A DNA stretch of 64,000 nucleotides, from positions 1,240,001-1,304,000 of the forward strand of contig OZ037847.1 of assembly GCA_964035575.1 (NCBI GenBank). Reading direction: 5' to 3'. The notes beneath the pieces are model-generated. The model had not been told where the DNA came from and ran no database searches. It saw nothing but the letters and a program-made list of their open reading frames with translations. Source of the stretch: Rhynchopus sp. YZ270_cl-10 (Eukaryota). Every line of letters starts with the position of its first letter. Position 1 is the first letter of the stretch. This document shows positions 35,441-49,565 of the stretch, piece after piece. The translations under genes were made by a program, and so were the position numbers.

Positions 35441-36637
35441 TTTTTTTTGCTTCGCAAAAGAAAAATTGAGTTACGTCCTGATATGGGTGAAAAAATTGCA
35501 TCCGGGTGCCCTTTTGTGCACTCCTCCTGAAGGGGTGAAAGGTGCTGTGAATGCTACCCTGTGCGCTGGAGTCAGGCATAGTGCATGTGTGGAGGGACCT
35601 GCTGGAGCCCTAGCCAGTGAAGCCCCCTGGGCTAGTACAATGATGATACTTCAATCTTAAGTCCATTTCTTCAAAAAAGCCCCTCCGTGCCTCCAGGCCC
35701 CTCAGGAATAGCAACCTCACTTTTTTTGCACTTTTGGTAAGGAAAAAAATCGTATATAAATCCCTGGATGTAGTCTACCAAAAAAAAAAAAAAAAACATA
35801 AGATCGTCGGATTTTGTTTTGTTGACGACTGCATTCTATATGTGATTGCTGCTGCTGGGTTTGTATTCGTCATCAGGAGGAGAAAAAAAAGCACAATATT
35901 TTTGCCATCATTACTTCCCCCCTCCTGTGAAGGGGGTGCTGCTCTCAGCATTAAAATATCCATTTTTCTTTTTCGTGTTCTTTCTCCTCCCTCTCAGATT
36001 CTCTGTCGGGGGGAAAGTGTTACAAAGCCTTCAACAAAAAGACTCCCCCCAGCCCACGACCTGATTTTTATTTAGGTTTTGCGGGTTTTGCACGCAGTTC
36101 ACGCCTCCTTGAATCGGTGTTATTCTAGATGCGGAAGAAATAGGCAGTTTGGAAAATACAAGCGTCCTCTCTTTTTGTTAAAAGAAATCTTCATTATTTC
36201 TCAACGTCTCACATTGCATGCATTGTACATGCCATATCCCCCGCAGTTTGGTTGCACATTGCGTAGTGTCTCCCCTCAAATACATGCACAGACTGCATCA
36301 CGCGGAGTGGGGAACGACAGCTTGCGCTTCTTTGGAATCTATTGTCTTGTTCCCCCCCTACCACCCCACCACCCGTATCTCTCTCTCTCTCGACAGGTTT
36401 AATTGGCCGAGGAAAAAGCTAAAGTCAAACACAAAACACACACCCTATCCCTTCATATCTAACCCCTTTTTTTCTCTCACACAACAGCCGTTCTCGTTCC
36501 TTCGTTAACTTTTTCCCCCCTAAGGGAAATACATAGAAGAGGAACCCCGTCTTTGCACAACACAGCCGTTTTAACCCTCTCCCCTTACCCCCGGTACCCA
36601 TCCACATCACACCGACTCTTTGGAGCTCAGTATTAAG

Positions 36638-36658
36638 ATGGATATCAGCAAAGAACAG
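36638..36658 (+). CDS. Predicted first coding exon (MDISKEQ) of the PAM2-motif gene
   Basis: ATG GAT ATC AGC AAA GAA CAG|GTATGT consensus donor, phase 0, joins in frame to the acceptor TTTTTCAG|GAC at 37142. Confidence 0.65.
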
Positions 36659-37141
36659 GTATGTCGGATGATTTTGGCCACCTTTGCAATATTTCCCCTT
36701 TGTTTTTACCCTCCCTTTTTAGATAGCGTTTCTCGTTGTCTCATGACGGTTTCGATTCTCTGCCGATATCCACCTGATATTTACCCCGCGTATAGGCGCG
36801 AAATCAGGTGGGATATGTCTCATAAAACAAATAACGCTCGTTTTGTAAAAATTCGATAAAATACTAATAGAGCAAACGCGAAGAACATATCAGGGATTGC
36901 CACATATCACACCACCTACACCCTTCACAGCAAGCCCTCGCAGCGCAGATTTCAGCACTGCAAGGCAGCCTAGCAGGGCAAGTGGTATGCCATGTTGCTT
37001 TCCTTTCCCACCCCTGCTTGCACGCCCCGGGACTTCATTCCACCTGTTGTCGGTCGAACACCATTTTTCCACAACATCCTTTCTCAGTAAAGGGTCACCA
37101 ACTTTTCTCTCTTTTTTCAACTTCCATTTCCTCTTTTTCAG

Positions 37142-39070
37142 GACCCTCTCGCTGCCTTGGCGAGTCTCGGACTGAACGGAAAGGCACCGGTACCTACGAT
37201 GCCGTTTGGCCTGCCTGCTGGCGTTGGCGGCATCGCCGGTGTAGGCATGGGTGTGGGTGGCGTCCCTGGCGCTGGTGTTGCTCTGGGGGGCGCCGCTGCT
37301 GTGCCTGGCGACAGCACTGCCGCCTACAACGCACTGATGGCGAACATGCAGCAGCAGATGCTCATCCTGGCGGCACAGAGCGGCACACCGCCGCCCGCTG
37401 TCGTCACACCCATCATCCCCGATGCCTCACCCATTCCAACCCCCCCTGCCGACTCACCCCCCAGCTCTGTCCAGGAGATCCCCGACACCACCGATCGCCG
37501 CAACGGACTCAACCACGCTGCAAAACCCTTCCTTCCAAAATTCGGTGAAGTCGAAACCGAAGACGACATGCCCCCCATGCCCGACATCGACAAAGCAGAA
37601 GGCGCAACCCCACCACCCGCCATGCTGGAGGAGGAGGAACAGACCGACCACATGCCTCTCATCGATGACGACAGCGACGACAGTGATGATAGCGACGACA
37701 TTGTTCTCACCGCTGTGCTCCGCGCCCAGGCCGTGCAAGAGGAGGAGGAGGAGGAAGAGCAGAAACGGCGCGACTCCCCAGAAACCATCCCCGAGGAGGT
37801 TGTCCCCGAGGTGGAAGAGGAGCAGGAGTTCCGCCCCATGGGGGTGCACTACAACAGGGCAAGCTTCCCCCCTGCTTCACCGCAACCTGACGCACCACCG
37901 CTGCCTGATGCACCAACACAGCCGGTTGCAACGCCGTTGCCTCCGTCACCCCCAGCAAGCCTCCCCAGCGAGGACAAGACTGTGTCGCCCGGGTCAACCA
38001 GCTTGCCTGTAAGCGACGAGGCTGAGCAGGTCCCCGCAGCGGTGAAGATGCCAGACGCAGGTATGGCAGATCCGTTCGCCTCGGCAGCCGCGCAACTCGG
38101 TATTGATCCTAGCACGCTCGCAAATTTTCAGACACTGCAGCAAAGCATGCAGGGTCTCCAAAGCATTCAGAACGTGCAGAATTTGAACCAACAGCTCCAA
38201 ATGTTGGTGAACGGGAACATGGGGATGCAGGCGGCGAACCCAATGAACCCAATGAATGCGATGAACCCGATGGGCATGTTGAACGCCAACGCAGTCAACA
38301 TGATGTACCAGACGCAGCTGCAGCAGCTGATGCAGCAGCCGCAGCAGGTCGCGCAGCCGCAGGTAGATGCCGCGATGTTGGCGCAGATGCCAAACTTCGC
38401 GCTTCCCGCAATGGGGCTTGCCGGCACACCTGGGATAGGTGTCCTACCCATGCCTGGTGTGCAGCCCACTATCCCCCTCCCGCAGCCCACCCAGCAGCCC
38501 AATGCAAAGGGTGATGTGCGCAACGTCATGGACTTCTTCGGCAAACCCATAAAAGCAGCCACACCCGCACCCAAGAAGGCGAAAGACGCACCACGCATCC
38601 CAGTCCCACAGCCGCTTGCACAGCCGCCGGTGTTTGATGCAAATGAAAAAGAGCTGCGGACACTTTCGGCGATCAACGCAGAGGATCTGACGGCACAGCA
38701 AAAGGCGCGGATGAAGGAGCTCAAGAACGCGCGTCGTACCCGTCAGGTTGCGGCAACCAGGTTCCTGACTAAGGAGGATTCTGACAGCTCTCTGACGAAG
38801 AAGCGTACCCCGGGTGAGCCCTCGCCGCCTGGTGAGGGGAGACGCGCACGTCGTCGCAAGTACCGTCTTCTCAAGGAAAAGGAGGAGGAGGAGGCTGGTA
38901 CGTCTAGCCCCCCTCCTCCGGCGGCTGCCAGACCGACTCTTGCTGGGGAAGGGAAGGAAGAGCCCGCGAAGCTTGCACAGCAGAAGCCGCGCGAGCCGCA
39001 GCAGCAGCAGCAGCAGCAGCCAGCTGCTCCAGCAGAGACCCCGTCTGGGGACATCCTGGATATGTTGAAC
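37142..39070 (+). CDS. Large internal exon of a low-complexity Pro/Gln/Met/acidic protein with a PAM2 motif (putative PABP-interacting translation factor)
   Basis: GC-rich open frame (ORF 37157-39112 begins at TTG); pyrimidine tract + CAG at 37141; AAC|GTATGT donor at 39071 in phase 0; GLNHAAKPFLP fits PAM2 LNxxAxxFxP. Confidence 0.8.
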
Positions 39071-39465
39071 GTATGTGAAGAATCATTGATTTTTTTGGGG
39101 GGCTGTCATTGAGTACCCTAATTATTCACCAAGGTGGGTGATTCAGTCGATTATCGACAAAAAGTAGCGGTGTCCACGAAACGCGAGAATGACGGCTGCG
39201 TGGAGATTACACGAAAAGAAAAAAAAAAGTGAGATGACGACATGTCGTCAATTTATCAATTTATCAAAATAATACAGAAAGGCGCCGTGAAGAACAATGC
39301 GCTGAACAGATTCCTGCAGAACAACACTCACATCACCCCAAAGTCCCAGAGCGCAGACGAATGATCTGTGTGTTCGGGGGCGGATGAAAAGAAAAGGACT
39401 TCAAATAAAACCCAAATTTAAAACCAACAAAAAAAACAAAAAAAAACAACAACAAAAAAAAAAAA

Positions 39466-39502
<37 letters not shown>

Positions 39503-39666
39503 AAAAAAACACAGAAATCAATGCGGTCCGTTTCGTTTTTGTCACACTCCCACCTATCTTTCTCCCTCCCTGAGTACGACCCCCTTCTTTTCTTTTTTTA
39601 TTTTTCTTCCATTGCGCGCTGGCCTGTTCCTTGCTTGATGTTATTTATTTACTTCAGTCTGTACAG

Positions 39667-39729
39667 GCACTTTCCCGCCGAAGTTTCAGTGCTGAGTGTG
39701 CCAAAGCCCTGCGTCTTACGGGACGTTTT
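39667..39729 (+). CDS. Candidate next exon (ALSRRSFSAECAKALRLTGRF)
   Basis: T-rich tract + CAG at 39666, open in phase 0, GC-richer than its flanks, followed by GTAATT. The junction reads DILDMLN|ALSRRSF. Confidence 0.4.
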
Positions 39730-42149
39730 GTAATTGGCTTTTGCATTTTTATTTTTTTATTTTCAGGTGGCTAAGCGCGTCTTAGATTCATCTTAGCTTT
39801 TCTGTTTGCTTTGTGGTCATTGTTTTTTTCCCCCCTTTCCTTCGCAAAACTAAAAAAAAAACACACAACTTTTTGTATAACCTACAAACCCCACTTGGTG
39901 GATAAAGCGTCCACGATTCTTTGAAATGCCCCTTTCAACAATTCGATCAATTTTTACGACCAATTTGGATCAATAGTACTCTCAGTATTTATTCCTGGCA
40001 TTTTCTCTCCTACCCCCACCGCCCCAGTACTGTTTTAGTTTTTCGCCGAGCTACGTATTTCGTCGATTCCTCAAATATCCCAACAGTACACAGTCCCTTC
40101 GTTGGATCCTTCCCCAAGTGGTTGGTATGGGTTATACTCAAAAAGAAAAATATCATATTGTTTTTGCTTTGGTCGTCTCTCATCTCACTGTGACGTGTGG
40201 TGTGCCTCCCTCCTCTTCGATGGTGAAGTAAATGACTGGCTTTTTTAGTTGCGGTTTTTGACTGTAAACCTGCAATGAAAAAAACCATAAGTAGCACTAC
40301 AAGTCTATGGGGTTTATAGGTTGAGATGGAGTGATATGCACCACTCCTCTTGACCAGGCGCAAAGGTAAAGAGCGACTCTCTAAAGGTTGGCCTCGTGGA
40401 AGTTGTTTTACGGGCCCCGATCGATTTTTTTTTTTTTTTTTTTTTTTTTTTGAGTGTCATTTACTTCACTGTCGAATGCAAGGGTGGTGTTGTTTGTGGG
40501 TGAAGATCGTACTTCCTGCGCTCCACTCTGTACAGCCTGCCTTTGTCTCCCCTCCTCCCTACCCCAGATTTTTTTTGTCACCCCACCCCATTTTTCTTCA
40601 AATAAGGAGAAGATTTTTGTTTATTTTCAAAGAAAATATGCTGTTCTGTGTATTGTCTGGCGAGAGAGAGTTGTTTTTCGAATCCTTTCCAATCACAGAA
40701 CCCATCTTAGGATAGGTGATTGTCGATACTACACAAAAAAAATCAAGCATACCAGAAAAGGGTAACTGTGCATTCATTTAGTGGAAAGCAGTTCACCTTT
40801 CAAAAAAGGGGACATAGGGAGGGGCGAGGGGGGCAAATATAACCAACAATGAAAGCTTAACTCTATTAAGGATGTGTTTACCCGTGAGGTGCACTCATCA
40901 TTTGCAAGGGATGGGAGGGTTTTTTTTTTAGGTCACTAAACATGAGGTTGAACTCATGTTTGCGACTTGATTTTTTACTTCTTTTTTCTCTTTAGTGTTT
41001 ACTAGAGGATGACCATACTGTATGCCGGTTGCCCCCTTTTTTTAAACACAGTTTCCACACTTTTGAACGAACAGCAACATCGCACCCCATTCACCCTTAA
41101 CCCAGCAGGAAAACGCACATCTCATTTCAAGTTTGTTAAAACTTGGGCATGTGTTTTTTACTCGGAAAGAAAAATTTCAAAAAAAAAAAATTCCCTCATA
41201 TTTTTTTTTGGTGTTGTTCATAAATGCTTTGTTGCATTTCCGCAGAAATAAATAAAACACGCTTGGACTTCGTACTCCCTTTTTTGGTTCTTTATAACAT
41301 GCAACGCAACGCAAAGCACAGTGAGTACGTCGATGCCAGGAATTCCGTTGTGCATAAACTATCGTAAATGTAAATATGTTGGACCGTAATAATGTTGGAA
41401 CGAATGAACGTTTTTTTTTTAGCAGTTTTCCAACATTATTACGTTTCAACATAATTACATTTACGGTAAATAAAAAAAAACGCCTAATCTAGAAGGAGCA
41501 TTACCCAACGACCACCCCCTGTTGATAAATAGTACCTCCCCCCCCACATTTTTTTTTCTCGGTGCTTGTGTCCGCCGAAATACGGTGAGGCGTTTGCACT
41601 TTCAACTTCTCTTTTTAGATATGTGTGCCTGCGAGGCCCATTCATCTTTAAGTCTTCTTTTTTCTTCTTTTTCTTTTGTTGGAATCGTGTAGAGTCAATC
41701 TACGCGTTCCTTTTTAGTCACTCACATATTTTTGTTAAAAGGTGGTTAAGCACAAAGCAGCTTAGATTCATCTTACAAAATGCCTTGTATTTTATGTGTG
41801 TCCTCAGTGGCTTCGCGTGTGGCCTTACTGCGTGGTTCTTGACACACGTTATGTGACACCACTGGGCAGCCGATGCCCACCCTTACCAATTCAAAAGCCT
41901 CTCCTCGTTCACCCTCCCCTGTCCCCCCTTTTTTTGATTTTGATTTTAAAGGAAAAAAAATTCTGCTTTCAATTGGTGGATGTGATCCAAAAAATATCCA
42001 TCCCAAAAACCTTTTTGTTGGCAGTTGTTAGCAAGTTGTTGAAAAAAAGAGGGAAAAAAAAAACGTGCCACCGGTATTCGATTGAAGCAATACAAAAGGA
42101 GGTGGCAAAATAGTATGGCAGCTGACCGTTTTCAGAATATCAAACGCAA

Positions 42150-42958
42150 CACGTATGGCAAATGATAATTTATTATGAGATCTCATAATAAATTATGAGA
42201 TCATTATTCGCCATTATGCGCGCTCATAATAATCGCATAATGCATAATAGCGCATAATAGCACATAATAGCGCATAATGATTATGCGCTATTATGTGCTC
42301 ATTATGTGCCCTACCCCAATGCCCCAAACCAGAAAATACCACCCTCAGATGTCCAAAAATCCATCTGCGCCCGGTTTTGAGCAGTTTTGAGCCTCAAGAA
42401 GCCCCGTATCTGCTTTTTTCAAAAATGTACATACAACTTGTACCTGCCCACCCCCCGTAGATGGTGATAGCAACTCACACATCCATCACGCCTCAGTGTG
42501 AGCCAGGGGCCAGAAAAGCCCCCAAAGCCACATATTTTCACCCCAGAACCTATCCCGAGGGGTACCCAGGCGGTTTCGGGGTGTTTAGAGGGACTTGGTG
42601 GAACTTAGAACCATGTTTCAAAAAGTGTCAAGCACCTGGTACCAAAGGTTTTCCCACCCAAGGTATCTTAAGCCGTCAAAAAACGTGAAGTAGGTAATAA
42701 ATCAAAGAAACCCCCCTGAAGTCAATAAAAACCACACCATAGGCCCATTTGTACCCCAAAAATCGAATTCCGCCCGGTTTTGGGCACTTTTGACCACTTC
42801 TGAGCGACTTTTTTTTGGGTGGGGGGGTGGGGGGTACGGCACATAATGAGCGCATAACGCCGCATAATTGGCGCATAATAGCGCATAATAGCGCATAATA
42901 TCACATGTATTATGAGATCTCATAATAGCGCATAATATATTATCATTTGCCATACGTG
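42150..42958. mobile_element. Non-autonomous TIR element (MITE), 809 bp
   Basis: TIR CACGTATGGCAAATGATAAT at both ends; 6-bp TSD ACGCAA (42144-42149, 42959-42964); subterminal GCGCATAAT arrays. Confidence 0.92.
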
Positions 42959-45900
42959 ACGCAAGCAAAAAAAACAAAAAAAAAAAAAAAAAATGTACCG
43001 AAACAAACAAAACAAAACAACACAAACTCTAGAAAAATCTAGAACACCAAAATCTCACATCCCTCCCCTCTAAGTCTGCAAGGTGATTTTTTTTTCTCTT
43101 CCCTTTCGTTCTCCTAGCGCAAGCACCATCATATGACGGTTGGTACCCGCCGTGACAGACACAGTATTGAGGGGGGGGGTGGGTGATCCCCTGACAGTGA
43201 AGGCTGTCCGTGTTGGCAGCTCCGCTAATCCAAAAAAAGAAAAAAAAATCCAAAAAATAAAATAAAAATATAAAAAAGCACTTCGCGTTTGTTCGGTTTA
43301 TCAAACTATTATTTCTTCCGATGACCCAGTGCAATGTGGGTTGTGATGAAGCCATTTAGTACGTCTGCTAGCTCTTATGCGTGCATATGTGTGCGCCAAT
43401 ACCTTCATACCTACGTTCCTCATCATATATTTCCCCTATTCTTTTAAAAGCAAAAGTCAGCACAAATGGGGTACATTTTCAAGCAAAAAAAAGAGAGAAA
43501 AACAACCCGAAAGACTTAAAAGTGGTACCAAAAAAAAAAACAACAGCCAAGTTTTCAATACCGTTTTTTTTTTTTTTGTTAAGATGAGTGCAGAGGTATT
43601 TTCATCTTTTCAAGTTTTCTTTTAATTGTTATTCTTTTACTCCAAATTCTGTGCTCAACATCTGTTGGGTGGCACTGCGAATTTAAGCCGTTGTTGGGGA
43701 GGTTCGGACAAGCAACTGCCCCCCTTTTCTTTCAAACAAAAGTAAGCCCATCAATATGGGCTTTTGTGTGTGATTTGTTTTAGGTGGTGTATCCAAGTCT
43801 TCAAACAGGACTTCTCTTGCACGAGTGATTACTATGTGAAAAATAAATACTGTCAACGGAAAAAAAGTGGAAAAAAAACAAAAACAAAAACCCTGTTCCA
43901 TCTGCAATTGGATTGATAAAATTGAAAGAGAAAATGACCTGGGGTTTATTGTCTTCAAAAAACGAAATGACATTTTTTTTTTTTTTGTACTAAAATACAC
44001 TGCCTGCAGGCTGTTGTATGTCAAGTCAATTTTTTTTTCTTCGAATGTATGGTCAAATTCGTCCCCCAGGAATCCTATTTTTCCAACCCTTTTTTTTTTG
44101 TTGAAAACCAATTCCAGGCTGTTACTACAAACTTTGTTTACACTTTTTTTTCTTCTTCTTCCTTGGGGGGATTTTCCCCCCTATTCCTCCCAAGCACCCA
44201 TTCGATCTGTCTGTTTTTCTTTATTTTTTTTTTTCCTTCCAAAAAAAACTAGTCTTGCTTTGAACCTTATTCTGGCAGGGGGTTGCGATACTTTGAGAAT
44301 GCACAGGAAGGTGGAAGGGGGTCGTTCTGGTTACATTGTTGTGATGGCAAATGCGAGGGGGTGTGACTTAGGTTCATCTTACCAACTTTTCTTGGGGTAG
44401 ACATGAATCTGTCAAATGGAATTTGCCAATATTCCATGTAACAATGTTTCAAGTAATATTGTTACATGGATTGGAAAAATAGGCCTTCCCTTACATTTAG
44501 CGGAAGGAGGAAAATTCACTGTTCTCCTCTGGCCCTCATGTGACCTTGTTGTCCTCCCCCCCCCCCCACTTCCCTGTGTATCTGAAAGTAACGCGATTTT
44601 AGCTGCCAGATAATGGACATCCACTCCCGTTTACCCCCTCCCCGTTTCCTGCATCCAACTTTGGTTGCAAAAAACAAAAATTCTCCATAGTTTAGACTCC
44701 CGATATTAAAAAAGGGGGGGAAGAGAGAGAGGGGCGCACTAGGGTGTCTTTTTGTTTTTATTTATTTTTTAAAAACACGCAAAAAAGTTTTAAAACGCGA
44801 GCTTTTTTTGGTGTTGTTACCGTTCAAAAAAGGGGGTGAGACAAATATGCATCCAAAAATATATGAAAAAAACATTAAAAAAAAAATAGAAAAAAAAAAA
44901 CATACAAAAAAAAGAAAAAAAAACAACAAAAAAAAGCAAATGAGATTCGAATCTTGAAAAAATGTGTCCGAGAAGGCGGATACGTTAGGCGAGACTTCGA
45001 ATTCAAAAAAAAAAATTCAAAAAAAACAACAAAAAATACAAAAATGCAAAAAAAAAATTCAAAAAAAATTCAAAAAAAAAAAAAAAAGAAAAACAACAAC
45101 AAAAAAAAAAGCAACAAAAACTTCAAAAGAATTCCTCAAAACTCCCTTCCATTTCCCCCTTCTGCTTATTGGAGAAGACCAGTCATCTCACTGAACTGAA
45201 GATTATGGACCACACAAGGTAAATAAATTTGCAGTGGCATATTCTGCTGTTCATGTTTAGAGAGGCAAACATTTCTGCTCTAAGTTTTTAAAACACAAAA
45301 AGTCAAAAAAAAAATCTTAAAAAAATCAAAAAAAAAAAATCAAAAAAAATAGCCTAAATTGTGCTTCTCTTTGGCGATATACACTTTTGTATACATCCGA
45401 AGAAAGAATGCGACAGGAGGCAATAAAAAGAAATTAAAAAAATCCAAAAAAAATCCAAAAAAAAATCCAAAAACACACAAACATAAAAAAAACAACAAAA
45501 ACAGAAACCTTTAAAAACCGAGTGCGTCCGGGGCAGTGTAGCCAATGTGGTTCGCTACAACTCACTGCCTGAGGGATGTGTTCGAACAAAAACAATAAAA
45601 AAAGATCCAAAAAAAAAAAAAGCTAAGAAAAAATCCTGTTGAACACAAAAAAAAATCCAAACATTTTTCTAATGTTTATTCTGCTTTATTTTTTTATAAA
45701 AAATCTTCGTATTTTTCAAAAGAACAAAGCGTTCTCTTCTTCTACTTCTTTTTTTTCTTTTCTTCTTCTCCTTTTATATGTTTTCTTTTATGTTTTGAAA
45801 TGTCGTATTTTTCTCTTAATCCCTTCATGCATTTTTTTTGTAAATACGATATTGCCCAAAAACCAAAGAGAAAGCTTCCAAAATGATAAGATTTTTTTTT

Positions 45901-48900
45901 TACTTACCTTTTTTACTCGATTTTTGTCGTTCCACTCCACTTTGGATGGGGTTGACTTGTCCCCCCCCCCCTTCCTTTTAAATCCAATCAAACTTTGTTG
46001 ATATAGTGCCTGCGTCCGCCGGTGTACGGTGAGGCGTTTGCACTGTCAACTTCTCTTTTGTTGCTGTGCAAAACCCTGAACGTTCTTCTGACTGACTGCA
46101 GGTTCCGTTGTCGCAGTTTATAAAAAAAAAAACACCTTCACCCCGGTCAGTGTAGACCAGTTTAGTTGAACTTTAGCTGTCTGCAACTTATTTTGTCGAC
46201 CTTTTTTTTAAGGTGGCTAAGCACGAGAGGCTTAGAGCAGGCGTAGAGCCATCTTATAATTTTTCTTTTTTTTGTGAACAACTGATACCGTAGAGTCACT
46301 ACCTGTGTGATTTTCCATACTGATGCGACTGTACGATATCGAGCTTTTTTTTGAACTTGAAATTTCTAATGCGAATGGACTTTAAACGGGTGAGCAGGAA
46401 AGAGGACACAATGCCCCGCATCATTTATTTGCCAAAAGAATTGATGTTCAGCGCGTTTTTTTTCTTCTTCTTGCAGTTTAACGCCAGGCCAAAGGGAATG
46501 AGGAAGTATTGGTAGCAGGAAATAGAATCGACAAAAGGTGCCTACAAATTGAACAGCGAAAAAAAACACAGCAAGTTTTGCAGAGCGATAAGCGAAAGAA
46601 ATGTTTCTTTTTCTTTTCATATCCTAAAATCAGATTCTATTTTTATTGCATCCGCCCGTAGTGAGGCTTTTTGCACTTCCTTTTTTTAGATAGAGAAGAA
46701 GAAAATTGGTTGTATTAGTGGAGCACACTCTAGGGGTGGCTACACTAATAAAACCAAGTTTTCAAGAAGAAAAAAAAACACTTGATGTGTGCTGTCTGTG
46801 TAGTCCCCTCAAAACAAGAACAGGGAAACTGTCCCCCACTGCCTTGAGCGGTGTGGAACCCCGCCACGTAGAACAACAAGTAAGCGTGGTATGAGGCAGT
46901 ATCAGGGTCATGTGCCAGCACCCGCGGCAGCACTAAACCCGCCTACAATGTAGGTAATCGTAACACTTCCCTCTTGGTTAGACATTGGCGTAGCTCCAAC
47001 ACCCTCTGATCTCGTTGTATTCATGTGAAAAAAAATATATATAGTGGAGTGCATCCACTAATACAACCAAGTTTTCAAAAAAAATAAACTTTTGCTATTC
47101 CCCCTCTGTAGTTCAGTATGTGCCAGACGATACTGCGCCTGAGAGAGATATTTTAAGAATAAAGTGAAATAGGAGGCGCCATATAAAAACAAAAGGGGTA
47201 GCAAATGACGCTATACCAACAGTATTCTTTTTTTATTATCGGTGAGGCGTTTTCACTTTCACTTTCAACTTCTCTTTAAAAATGTGGATCCTCTGAGTAC
47301 ATTTCACCATTTTTTTTTTTTTTTCTGCGCATCAAACTGGTGCATGCAGCAAAAAAAAAACGAAAAGAAAAAAATAAACATGGATTTGCGGTCGATTTGC
47401 GGTCGCCCGGTCGATGGAGGAATGAGGGTATGATGTCTGTAGCTCTCTGTTAGCCCCTCTTTTTGGGGGCACCATTTGAGTGTTTCAACAAACATTAGTC
47501 CAACAATTTATCACAAAAAAAATACACATACATACAGAACAAAACCCGCAGTATAGTATCCCTAGAGTGTTCCTTCTATGCCAGGAGACCATTCTATTTA
47601 CCCCTATGATACCCTTACGGATATGTGCAGTGAGGCACATTCATTTAAGGGAATCTCCCCCTCTCCCCCTACTTTCAGAGCCTTTCTTGAATGTGCTTCG
47701 CAACACCTGGTCCTACAAGAAGTGTTGCGATCCACTGGGTCAGGCTGAACCACGTTCTTTTTTTTTGTCATCTTTGTTCTTCTAGCCACACCCCTTTTCC
47801 CCCTCAGATCTTACAAAGTACGTAATATCTAACATAACCAGATCAGAAGTGACCCCATTTTAGATGACAAAGCATAGGCTAAGACATCTTTACCAACCTC
47901 TGTCTTCTATCGTTCACAGTGTATGCAATTCGGATTGACTAAGTACAGTGATGCTTAGGTTCATCTTATAAACCTTTTTTTTGTCTCGTGTGTGTTTAGC
48001 ACGCAAAAAAAAAAAAAAGCAAAGGCTAATTGTGAAGATAAAGGAGCAGTGAGCGTTTCCATCATGTCCTCTGGCATATGGGTTTGCTCAAAAGGCCTGC
48101 ATATTCATATGTGATGGCAAAAAAAGGGTGTAGGGGGGTTATGTCATCATGGTGACTTAGAATTTGAAGATCTATTTTATTTGGAAGGTGACCAAAGCAA
48201 AGCGCAGTTCATCTTTTTTTATCTTTCAATTTTTGTTTGTTTTTTTTTTATTTTTATTTTGAGAAACCAACAAGCTCCCCCCGTCCGGAGCACTACTTGT
48301 TTTAGCAGAAAATCATTCATTTCAAAAAATTGTTTACAATGATTTTGCTTTGGTAGTAGCTTGACGGATGGGGGGGTGCTTGGGGGGAAAAAGTAACATT
48401 TTTTTTTTAGTGAAGGGGCAAGCCTGCACCAACACAACAAAAAACCAAGCTTTCAGAAAAACAACAAGACAGTGGATCTATTTTGGATGCCATTTCCGCA
48501 CCAAACAAGCTTCTAAGAAAAACTAGGGAACGAAGGTGTGTCCACCATTCATTTTTGGGCTCTCTTTACTTTCCAAAACAACAAAACAAACAAAAAACTT
48601 GAAGTACTTTTCCATCACACACCTTGGATACACAGTGCCAGGTGTGATATCTTGGTGAGACACGTGCTCTCTTGCGACTGGGCCCCGAGAGATCGTCCAC
48701 ACATTTTTTTTTATTATTTTTACAACAACCATTTTATGGAAAGGGTAGTGATCGTACACAGGTGCATGCTATCATATTTCCATTATTTGCTACATTTTTT
48801 TTAAACTGGAAACCAGAGTTTCCCTTCATCTTTTGCCACACTCTCAGGGTTGGGGGTATGCCGTCTGTAAAGCATCCTTACCCACAAAGTGGCGTTGGAC

Positions 48901-49529
48901 AATACCCCTGTGCAGGTAGTTGTCATGGATTTGTATGCTCCAAAAAAAAACAAAAAGTCCCCCTTTTTTTTTGGGTGACAGAGTGCAGATCCCACTTTGG
49001 TGGGTGATGCAGAAAAGGAAAAAAAGAAGAAAAAAAAACAAAAACAAAAAAAAAAAAAACACACACACACACTCGCGGGCAACCTATGTGAATAAACTTT
49101 TTTTCAGCAAAGCCAACAAAACCAGGTTTGTTTCCCATAGAGCATGAATGTAGAACAAACATTGTGCATTGTCCGAAGGAGTTCCCTACCCACCAATACC
49201 TCTCCCCCCCTCCCCTTTCCGTAAAAGTATTTTTTTTTCTCCCCCGGAAGAATGAAAAATGTGTGTGTAAACATACGTTTTTTTTCTCCTTACTTTCAGG
49301 TGGCCTGTATCATTTTTTTTTTCTTTTTGGCCACTATCTATTTTTATGGTTCTCTATTTGGACGGTGTCTCCTCCAGTCAGAATTTGTTCTAAAAACCCA
49401 ACAGAGCGTTCTTGTTTTTGTTAAGGTGACTAAGCACGAAGAGGCTTAGGATTCACCTTTTAAACTTTTCTTTGTTTTTTTTCCCCTCCTTTCATACTCT
49501 CCCTATCACCGGTAAGTTTTTCGAAACTC

Positions 49530-49565
<36 letters not shown>

